A stretch of DNA of 16,898 nt, taken from a bacterium. GTDB taxonomy: Bacteria > Eisenbacteria > RBG-16-71-46. Numbering within the stretch: position 1 is the first letter of the stretch; every line of letters begins with the position of its first letter. Under the pieces are notes generated by a model. That model ran no database searches. It saw nothing but the letters and a program-made list of their open reading frames with translations, and was not told where the DNA came from. The translations under genes were made by a program, and so were the position numbers. Shown piece after piece: positions 7,410 to 15,214 of the stretch. The stretch is taken from contig JAYWEM010000162.1 in NCBI GenBank assembly GCA_043779265.1, positions 1 through 16,898 on the forward strand, read 5' to 3'.

Positions 7410-10400
7410 TCACTGCATGACGAGCAGCTTCAGCGTGTGGAGTTGCCCGGATGCCTTGAGCCGCAAGAGATACACACCGGCGGGAAGTGAAGCACGCGAG
7501 GCCGATCTCGGCGACCAGCGGAGCTGCGTGTGACCCGCGCTCATCGGTCCGCGGAAGAGCGTCGCCACGCGCTGCCCGGTGACGCTGTACAGATCGATCT
7601 CCACGGGACCCGTGCGCGCGAGCGCCAGCGCGATGTTCGTGCTCGTTCGAAGCGGGTTGGGTGTGGCCGGCCCGAGCGCGTCGGCGATGGGCAGCGCCAC
7701 CGACTCGCTGCCGAGCACCGTGGGGATCTCGGTGGCGAAGGCCGAACCCTGATGCGCGCCGTCGATCGCCTGCACCGACCAGTAGCCCGAGGTCTGGGAT
7801 TGGATCACCGGCAGGCTCAGGCGGAGTTGCGCATTGCCCAGCTTCGGCACCTGACGCCAGCCATCGACCTGCGCCATCGCCGAGACCAACTGGCCCCCTC
7901 CGGGCGTGGTGCCGAGCCGGACGTTGTACGAAAGGCTCGCGGCAGGCGTGTGGTCATCGGTCGCGGGGCTCCAGGTGAGCGTCAAGACATTGCCGTTGAC
8001 GCTGCTGTTGAGCCCAACCGGCGCCGAGGGTGGCAGGTTGGGCGGCGCGCCGTCGTTCATGTAGAGGCCAGCCACGCCGAGTCCCGTGAGTGCCAGATCG
8101 ACGTCATGGTCGTTGTCGAAGTCGCCCCACGCGAGCGAGCTGTAGTAAGTGTTGGGAAGCGGCAGTTCGGTGTCCACATATCCGGCGGCGTCTTTGCGAT
8201 AGACGCGCGTCATCCCCACTCCGGCATCGATGTAGCCGGTCACCGCGATGTCGAGGTCGCCGTCGTTGTCGTAGTCCGCCCAGGCCGATCGAGAGGAACT
8301 GGCGCCCTCGACGTTGGCTCCGATTGGGATCAGCAGGTTGTCGGAGTTGCGATAGACCTCGGTGAATCGCTGCGATCCGGTCCAGCCGTTGATCAGCAGG
8401 TCCAGGTCGCCATCGGCGTCGTAGTCGCCCCAGCAGAGCGAGCCCTCCCACGCGCCCGGCAGCGAGAGCCCCGAGTTCACGAATCCGTTGCCGCCGTCGT
8501 TGCGGTACACGCGCGTGATGCCCTGCGTGCCGTTGTGCCCCATGACCGCCAGGTCGAGATCGCCGTCCTCGTCGACATCGCCCCAGTCGGCGTAGGTGAA
8601 TGCGACTCCCTCGACCGGGTACTTGAGCGCGAAGCGACCGTTGCGCTGGATGTAGATGCCGGCCTGATGCTGTGAGCCGTCGTAGCCCGAGGTGAAGAGG
8701 TCGAGGTCGCCATCGCCGTCGGCATCGCCCCATGCGACCGTGCCGTAGAGCACGCCAGGGAGATCCGTCGCGATGTCGGTGAAGGTGCCGGCGTCGTTGC
8801 GATAGATGCGCGTCACGAGTGGTCCGGCGTTCCAACCGCAGATCGCCAGGTCCAGATCGCCGTCGCGGTCGAAGTCCCCCCAGTCCACTGAGCCCCACTC
8901 CACGTTCGGGAGCGCGGTCGGCATGTCGGTGAAGGAACCGCCGCCGTTGTTGCGGTAGAGCTTGGTCACCGGACCGAATCCGTTGCTGCCGCACATGACG
9001 AGATCGAGGTCGCCGTCGCCGTCATAGTCGCCCCAGGCCATCGCGCTCCGGTAGAGGCCCGGGAATCCCGCCGCGACCGACTCCAGGACGATGCCGAGCG
9101 TCTGGGGGGGCGCGAACGCGCTGCTGCGATAGCCGGGGTCCACCGCCTGCACGCTCCAGTAGCAGCGCTGGTCGGGAAGGGTGAGGGTGATCGAACGCCT
9201 GCCGCGTGTGTTGCCGGGGCCGCCGATGCGATGGAATCCCGTGGCCGGGTTCGACATGGCCGAGAGGATCTGCTGGCCTCCGGGCGACGTGCCGACCCGG
9301 ACGTTGTAGGTGAGCCCGGTGCCCGTGGCATCGTGATCGTCGCTCGCAGCCGACCACGACAGTGTGAGTTGGTCGCCGTTGCGCGACCACGCGAGACCCG
9401 CGGGCACGGCGGGGGGGGCGTTGGAGGGAGCGCCGCAGCCCAGGAACACCTTGGTCAGCGCGGGCCCCGCGAGGCCCGAGAGCGCGACGTCGAGAATGCC
9501 GTCGCCGTTGCTGTCGCCCAGGTCGGCATCGCTGCTGAACACCGAGGGCAGCCCGGTTCCCGCGGCCGCCAGGAAGCCGCCTGCGGCAGTGCCGTAGAAG
9601 ACGCGCGCCTGCCGGCCGACGGTCGGGTTGTAGCCGGTGAGCAGGATGTCGAGGCGGCCGTCGTTGTCGAGGTCGCCCCAGTCGGAGGAGCCCTCCTGGA
9701 TGCCCGGGAGTCCCGCGAAGAGGTCGGTGAACGAGCCATCGCCGTTCGAGCGGTAGACGCGGGCGATCTGATCGGCGCCCACTCCGGTGCTGCCGGTGAG
9801 CAGCAGGTCCTCGTCGCCGTCGCGATCGAAGTCCGCCCACGCGGCGGTGCCGAAGGCGACACCGGGCAGGCCGCTCGCCATCGCGGTGAAGCCGCCGCCG
9901 CCATCGTTGCGGTAGAGGTCGGCGTGCCGGACGTTGCTGTCATCGAATCCGGTGATCAACAGATCGAGATCGCCATCGCCGTCGAAGTCGCCGAAGGCGC
10001 TCCTGCCCGAGGACACTCCGGGAAGCGACATCCCCAAGTCGTAGAAGATGCCCTGCTCATTGATGTAGAGACGCGAGATGGAGCCCGTGGAACTCGCGCC
10101 CGTGAGCAGCAGGTCGAGGTCGCCATCGCGGTCGATGTCGGCCCATGCGGCGGTGCCGCCGCAGAGTCCCGGCAAGCCGGCGCCGATGTCGGCGAACGAG
10201 CCGCCGGTGTTGCGGTAGATGCGGGTGACATAGATGCCCGAGGCGCAGCCGGTGATCACCAGATCGAGGTCGCCATCGCGGTCGTAGTCGCCCCAGGCCG
10301 ACGACGTGTAGTCCAGCGTCGGCAGTCCCGCTCCGACGGGACTGAAGCCGCCCCCGTTGCCGAGGTTGCGCCAGATGTCCGAACCGTTCACGCCGGTCAC

Positions 10401-13400
10401 CAGCAGGTCGAGTAGGTCGTCCCCGTCGTAGTCGCCGAACGCGACCGTGCTGGTGGTGGGCGTGATCGCGGCGCCCGCATCGGCATAGTGAGTGGCCACG
10501 CGTGCCACGGGGCCGCTCACGAAGACGGACGACTGGAATGCGGCGTCCACCGTCTGCACGCTCCAGTGGTACTCGCCCGGAGGCAGCGACAGCGTCCACG
10601 TGCGCCGCTGCTGCGCGTTGCCGCGCGCGGCCAGCTGGCGCCGATGGTTGACGGGCTCGGACTGCGAGGCGAACACGTCGTTGGCGCCAGGCGTTGTGCC
10701 GATGCGCAGGTTGTAGCCGAGCGCAGCGGTCGCCGTGCGATCGTCATTGCCCGCGCCCCACGAGAAGTTCACCTGGATCCTGCCGCCGATGCAGCCCGAG
10801 GTGTTGACGGCGAGGCCCGAGGGCGCGAAGGGGATGGCGTTGCCGACCGCGATGTCGTTGCGGTAGACCTGCGCCACGTTGGCCACGCTCGCCCAGCCGG
10901 TCTGGAACAGGTCGACGTCGCCATCACCGTCGAAGTCGGCCCACGCGAGCGAGGCGCGGCGGGCGCCATTGAGCCGCGCGCCGGTGTCGACGTAGGCGCC
11001 CGCATCGTTGCGATAGAGGCGCGTGACGTTGGCCGCGCCCTCGCGGCCGTTGACGGCGATGTCGAGGTCGCCGTCGTTGTCGTAGTCGCCCCAGCTCGCC
11101 TGGCCGTCGAGCTGCTGCGCGAGCGTCAGGATGGGCACGTAGATGCCGCCGCCGTTGTTGCGAATGACCCACAGCGCATTGCTGCCCATGAGCAGGAGGT
11201 CGAGGTCGCCATCCTCGTCGTAGTCCCCGAACTCGGCGGAGTACTCCACGCCCGGAAGGCCCGCGCCCGCATTCATGAACACGCCGCCGTCATTGCGATA
11301 GAGGATCGTGACGGGCGTGGTGGTGGCGCCCTGCCAGCCCGCCACCAGTAGATCGAGGTCGCCGTCGCCGTCATAGTCGCCCGCATCGAGCGAGGCGTGC
11401 TGGACGCCCACGAAGGCCATGGGCGATGCGCTGAAGCTGCCGCCCGTGTTCACATAGAGCCTCGTCAGGCCCGCGTTGCCGTAGGCCGGGCCCGCGCGGC
11501 CCGCGATCACCAGGTCGAGGTCGCCGTCGTTGTCGAAGTCGCCCCACACCTGGTCGGAGTAGGCGACCGGCTCGAAGGACCCGAAGATGTCGCTGAAGAC
11601 GCCGCCGGAGTTGCGATAGACGCGCGCGACGAGCGCGGGCCCCGAGCGCTCGCCGCTGATCGCCACGTCCAGGTCGCCGTCGCCGTCGTAGTCCCCGAGC
11701 CGCGCCGCCCCGGCCCAGACCTGAGGAAGCCCGGGGATGATCTGGGTGAACGTGCCGGCGCCGTTGTTGCGGCCGAGGTAGGTGGCCGGACTGGGGGGCA
11801 GCGTGTCGGAGACGGCGCGATTGCCCGTCCAGATCACGTCGAGATCGCCGTCGCCATCGACGTCGCCCCATTCGATCGAGCCGAATTGCGTTCCCGAGAG
11901 TGACGCGCCGAGCAGCGCGATCGCCGGCCCGGACGAACCTCCCGAGATCGGACCCGAGCGCCACACGCCGCGGCCGTAGGTGAAGGCGACGAGGCGATTG
12001 CCCTCCCAGTGGAGGTCCGAGACCTGCGTGTAGGCCGGACCCTCGGATTGCTCGTGGCTGCGCATGAGCCCCCACGTGAGGCCCTTGTCCTGGGACCCGA
12101 GCACGCCGAGCGCGGTGCCGGCGTAGATCCACGAGCGGTTGCTCGGATGGATCACGATCGTCTCCACCGCGACGGCCGGCAGGCCGGTGGACCCCGAGCC
12201 CGAGCGCACGCTCCACGTCGATCCGCCATCCGAGGTGAACCACACATTCGAGGCGGAGAAGCCGCCGAAGGTGACCCACACTTCGTTGGTGTTCGAGGGG
12301 TTGATGGCGATGTCGGTGACGATCCGATCCGGAAGTGGAGTGGCGCCGCCATCGAGATCGACCCAACTCACGCCATTGTCCGTGGAGCGTGACAGCGTGC
12401 CGTCGCTATAGCCCGCCCACACGAGCGAGGCGTTGGACGACACGAGTTCGATCGCAGAGCAGAGCGGGCCCATGGTGGGGCAGCCGCCGGGCGTGGGATT
12501 CGGCACGTGATTCACGGGGCCGCGCACCGAGGTCCAGCTGTCGGCGAAGTTGGTGGAGCGCCACAGGTTCCGGCCACCCGCGAACATCCGACCGGCGACC
12601 ACCGGGTCGGACTTGAACGGCGCGATGAAGCGTGCGGTGCAGCCATTCTGCGCATCGGTCAGGCCACCGATGCAGGTGCCCGGGATGCCGAAGACGCCGG
12701 GCTTCCAGAGCTCGAGATTCACGTACTGCCAGTAGTGCGTCGAGAGGTCGGCCGAATAGGCGCAGTAGCCGCCGTCGCCGCCGAAGCGGTTCACCCATGT
12801 GTTGGAGCCGGTGCGTCGCCACGTGCCGTTGTCCTGCAGGCCGCCCATCAGCTCGTTTGTGCCCGGTTGGATGGCGCCCTTGTAGAACTGCGTCGTGCGC
12901 AGGCCGTTCGAGAGGTTGGTCCAGCCCTCGTCGCCCGTGAGGATGTCGTCCTTGCGCTGGACGCCGCCGTCGTTGCCGAAGTAGACGCGGCGGTTGGTGG
13001 TGCCGTTGTAACCCGGATGAGAGACGATGACGTGGTGGTCGGCGTGTGCGCTGGCACCCGGGTAGGCCCACCATGTGCTGATCTTGGTGAAGTTCGCGCC
13101 ACCGTCGGTGCTGCGCCACGCATCGATGCCGGCGACCGCCACGACATTGGGATTGGTCGGGTCCACCCAGATCGCGTTGTCGTACCAGCCCTGATTGCCG
13201 AGGTACAGATCGCCCGTGCGGCGGCGAGTCCAGGTGGCACCGGCATCGAGTGAACGCCACACCTCGCCGCTCGCGCGGTCGACCGAGGCGAAGATCGTGG
13301 TCTCGTTCGAGCCGAGCGCGAACTCCACCCGCCCGGCATCGGCGGGCAGAAGCCCCGTCGCGCCGGTGTGCAGCGTGGTCCACGTCGCGCCGCTGTCGCC

Positions 13401-14351
13401 CGAGCGGAACGCGCCGGCGGCAGAGCCCACCATCACCACGTGCGTCGTGGGCGTCGCCTTCACGTCGCGCAGGTTGGCCATGTTGAGCACCAGGCTCCAG
13501 GTGTCGCCGAGGTTCGAGGAGCGGAGGAGCCCGTTCGAGGTGGCCGCATAGAGGAAGTCGTCCCCCGGCACCATCGCGAGGCGGCTCGTCTGGATCCATC
13601 CCGCGGTCGCCGGAAGCTGGGTCCACGTGGCGCCGTTGTCGGTGCTGCGGAAGACGCCGGCACCGCTCACGGTGCCTCCAGTGGCCGTGCCCACACCGTT
13701 CTGCTCCGCGAACTCGCCGGTTGCGGCGAACAGCGTGCCCGAGTCCGTGTCGATCACGAGCGAGGTGACCGAGAGCGAGGGGAGGAAGTCGTCGATCATG
13801 GTCCAGGAGAAGCCGCCGTCGAATGACGTGGCGATGCCGCCAGTGGCGGCGCCCGCCCAGAGGTGATTCGCGTCATTGGGATCGAACAGGATCGCGCGCG
13901 TGCGTCCGCCGATGTTCTCGGGTCCCATCCACTCCCAGTTGCCGAGCCCCGCGTCGAGCACACCGAGCGCGCCGCTGCGACGCAGTCGAGCGTCATTCAG
14001 TTCGAGTTCGTCCTTGGCCTCGATGAGGTCCTGTCCCGTGGCCGTCTCATCGCCGGCGGTCAGCATGGCCCAGCGCTCACGCATCAACTCGCCCGGGAAG
14101 TCCGGGCGGCGCATGCTTCGCGTCACGAGGTCCGGCCCGAACGTGCTGAAAGGCGGTGACACGCGGAGCCCATCGCGCGGGGCCGTCGCGGTGAGCCAGA
14201 TCGGCAAGAGGCCGCCCTCGCTGTCGTGCACGGGCAGCGACGCCCACGCGCTCTCGCTCCCGGAGTGATCAGGCCCGGCGCTCGCTGGAAGCGCCGGGCC
14301 CGACGCGAGCAACAGGGAGAGGAGCAGCGATCGGGTCGTGACGGCCTTCAT
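7410..14351 (-). CDS. Giant secreted protein: Asp-box (BNR; VPS10/sortilin/GH74-like) propeller region + 3 x [seven FG-GAP/VCBS repeats + Fn3-like domain] + C-terminal T9SS/FlgD-like domain, 2313 aa
   Basis: ATG preceded by GGAGGT (14362-14357); signal peptide MKAVTTRSLLLSLLLASGPALPASA; about ten S-x-D-x-G-x-[ST]-W Asp boxes; motifs GPENIGGR, HADHH, GNDGG, GGLQDNG; 21 [GA]D-x-D-x-DGDLD-like repeats in three sets of seven, each set followed by P..P.GL..W....DD....L.YN.R.GT.PG..Y.WSVQ.VD; ends PNP..LYSVTGQRVATL..GVYLLRL. Confidence 0.93.
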   Translation of the reverse strand: MKAVTTRSLLLSLLLASGPALPASAGPDHSGSESAWASLPVHDSEGGLLPIWLTATAPRDGLRVSPPFSTFGPDLVTRSMRRPDFPGELMRERWAMLTAGDETATGQDLIEAKDELELNDARLRRSGALGVLDAGLGNWEWMGPENIGGRTRAILFDPNDANHLWAGAATGGIATSFDGGFSWTMIDDFLPSLSVTSLVIDTDSGTLFAATGEFAEQNGVGTATGGTVSGAGVFRSTDNGATWTQLPATAGWIQTSRLAMVPGDDFLYAATSNGLLRSSNLGDTWSLVLNMANLRDVKATPTTHVVMVGSAAGAFRSGDSGATWTTLHTGATGLLPADAGRVEFALGSNETTIFASVDRASGEVWRSLDAGATWTRRRTGDLYLGNQGWYDNAIWVDPTNPNVVAVAGIDAWRSTDGGANFTKISTWWAYPGASAHADHHVIVSHPGYNGTTNRRVYFGNDGGVQRKDDILTGDEGWTNLSNGLRTTQFYKGAIQPGTNELMGGLQDNGTWRRTGSNTWVNRFGGDGGYCAYSADLSTHYWQYVNLELWKPGVFGIPGTCIGGLTDAQNGCTARFIAPFKSDPVVAGRMFAGGRNLWRSTNFADSWTSVRGPVNHVPNPTPGGCPTMGPLCSAIELVSSNASLVWAGYSDGTLSRSTDNGVSWVDLDGGATPLPDRIVTDIAINPSNTNEVWVTFGGFSASNVWFTSDGGSTWSVRSGSGSTGLPAVAVETIVIHPSNRSWIYAGTALGVLGSQDKGLTWGLMRSHEQSEGPAYTQVSDLHWEGNRLVAFTYGRGVWRSGPISGGSSGPAIALLGASLSGTQFGSIEWGDVDGDGDLDVIWTGNRAVSDTLPPSPATYLGRNNGAGTFTQIIPGLPQVWAGAARLGDYDGDGDLDVAISGERSGPALVARVYRNSGGVFSDIFGSFEPVAYSDQVWGDFDNDGDLDLVIAGRAGPAYGNAGLTRLYVNTGGSFSASPMAFVGVQHASLDAGDYDGDGDLDLLVAGWQGATTTPVTILYRNDGGVFMNAGAGLPGVEYSAEFGDYDEDGDLDLLLMGSNALWVIRNNGGGIYVPILTLAQQLDGQASWGDYDNDGDLDIAVNGREGAANVTRLYRNDAGAYVDTGARLNGARRASLAWADFDGDGDVDLFQTGWASVANVAQVYRNDIAVGNAIPFAPSGLAVNTSGCIGGRIQVNFSWGAGNDDRTATAALGYNLRIGTTPGANDVFASQSEPVNHRRQLAARGNAQQRRTWTLSLPPGEYHWSVQTVDAAFQSSVFVSGPVARVATHYADAGAAITPTTSTVAFGDYDGDDLLDLLVTGVNGSDIWRNLGNGGGFSPVGAGLPTLDYTSSAWGDYDRDGDLDLVITGCASGIYVTRIYRNTGGSFADIGAGLPGLCGGTAAWADIDRDGDLDLLLTGASSTGSISRLYINEQGIFYDLGMSLPGVSSGRSAFGDFDGDGDLDLLITGFDDSNVRHADLYRNDGGGGFTAMASGLPGVAFGTAAWADFDRDGDEDLLLTGSTGVGADQIARVYRSNGDGSFTDLFAGLPGIQEGSSDWGDLDNDGRLDILLTGYNPTVGRQARVFYGTAAGGFLAAAGTGLPSVFSSDADLGDSNGDGILDVALSGLAGPALTKVFLGCGAPSNAPPAVPAGLAWSRNGDQLTLSWSAASDDHDATGTGLTYNVRVGTSPGGQQILSAMSNPATGFHRIGGPGNTRGRRSITLTLPDQRCYWSVQAVDPGYRSSAFAPPQTLGIVLESVAAGFPGLYRSAMAWGDYDGDGDLDLVMCGSNGFGPVTKLYRNNGGGSFTDMPTALPNVEWGSVDWGDFDRDGDLDLAICGWNAGPLVTRIYRNDAGTFTDIATDLPGVLYGTVAWGDADGDGDLDLFTSGYDGSQHQAGIYIQRNGRFALKYPVEGVAFTYADWGDVDEDGDLDLAVMGHNGTQGITRVYRNDGGNGFVNSGLSLPGAWEGSLCWGDYDADGDLDLLINGWTGSQRFTEVYRNSDNLLIPIGANVEGASSSRSAWADYDNDGDLDIAVTGYIDAGVGMTRVYRKDAAGYVDTELPLPNTYYSSLAWGDFDNDHDVDLALTGLGVAGLYMNDGAPPNLPPSAPVGLNSSVNGNVLTLTWSPATDDHTPAASLSYNVRLGTTPGGGQLVSAMAQVDGWRQVPKLGNAQLRLSLPVIQSQTSGYWSVQAIDGAHQGSAFATEIPTVLGSESVALPIADALGPATPNPLRTSTNIALALARTGPVEIDLYSVTGQRVATLFRGPMSAGHTQLRWSPRSASRASLPAGVYLLRLKASGQLHTLKLLVMQ

Positions 14352-14575
14352 GGCGGACCTCCGGGGGCGACGCTCGGCTGGGGCGGGGACGGGGCTCGGT
14401 GCCCAGGCGCGCGGGCGAGACGCCGGACAGCAGGAAACGCCCGCGGGGTGCGCTGTGCTCTCTGGGACGATGCAAGCGGAGCGGCATCACAGGCGATTGC
14501 GATCGCGGCTGTCGCACGAGAAGGGAGGTCCGCTCCGAAGTCGTTGTCAGAAGCGCTGTTCACCGGAGAGAGGGT

Positions 14576-14618
14576 GCGCAAGACTGGGTGTCGCGTTAGC
14601 GCGCAAGACTGGGTGTCG
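14576..14618. repeat. Perfect 18-bp direct repeat, 25-bp period
   Basis: GCGCAAGACTGGGTGTCG at 14576-14593 and 14601-14618, in non-coding DNA upstream of the giant gene. Confidence 0.85.
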
Positions 14619-15067
14619 TTGGACACGGTGCACATGTCCGCGTTGCCTTGTCCCAGATTCGAATGCGCGGCCCCAGAATCCGTGCACTGCCAACGGGTTA
14701 CCCGCTCGAGCCCACCAGGCAACCGGTGGGTCTACGGGTGGCTTGGCTGTTCCTGCTTGAGGAGCGAAAGGCTGAGGCCTGGAAGTACGCGAACGAAGGC
14801 TGCCGAAAGGACGAGGTAAATGAGCATTGCCTGCGGATCCTCGAGAGGTTGGGGACAGGCGGTTTCGTTCCACCCAAGTGACATTGAAGGCGCTCGTGGG
14901 CGATATGAGCTCGCCTGAGAAGAACCTTGACGAAGGCTCTGGGTCCGCATAGCGGCGGCCACGATTGTTGGAGGACACCCGAATGTGACCCGAAGGTCCT
15001 GCTCGCTCTGAATCGACCCTCCGGCGTCCTGGATAGCCAGTCAGCGCAGTCCGACACCCCGAAGTCG

Positions 15068-15137
15068 CGGGACCCGAATCCGTGTCGCCGCCCCTTTTGG
15101 GCCAGGTCCCCGGCCTCGAGCCGATGGGGACGCAATC
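15068..15137 (-). pseudogene. Decayed copy of tRNA-Glu (5' 63 nt plus leader), lacking the acceptor 3' strand and CCA
   Basis: 15069-15137 aligns without gaps to 671-739 with 52/69 identities (hand count), including CCGTGTCGCCGCC and GGGACGCAATC. The six nucleotides TTTCAC of the anticodon loop are replaced by AAAAGG. Confidence 0.85.
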
Positions 15138-15214
15138 CGGCGCACGAGTCATTGGGCCTTGCCGACTCGCGCAAGCTGAAGGTGGTGCCCCCCAGCAGTG
15201 CGATCCCGCTGCGC

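Larger units (their letters stand above)
5706..15078. mobile_element. Putative integrase-less genomic island between the tRNA-Glu 3' fragment and the decayed tRNA-Glu 5' portion
   Basis: The two boundary pieces are in the same orientation and overlap in the T arm (CGGGATTCGAA / CGGGACCCGAA). There are arm-like repeats inside the left boundary and a low-GC first cargo gene. No recombinase ORF is recognisable inside. Confidence 0.55.

Noticed and set aside
8090..11870. Recurrent GTCGAGGTCGCCGTCG-like DNA repeats as a CRISPR array or DGR repeats
   Set aside because: They are the coding sequence of the DxDGDLD FG-GAP motifs, are degenerate, in frame, and there is no cas or reverse transcriptase gene.
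5656..15052. AGCGCAGTCC at 5656-5665 and 15043-15052 as target-site duplication
   Set aside because: Only 10 bp in GC-rich DNA and at inconsistent distances (53 vs 16 bp) from the tRNA-derived cores; likely chance.
14586..15059. GGGTGTCG / CGACACCC as terminal inverted repeats of a MITE
   Set aside because: Only 8 bp match, does not extend cleanly, and no target duplication is visible.
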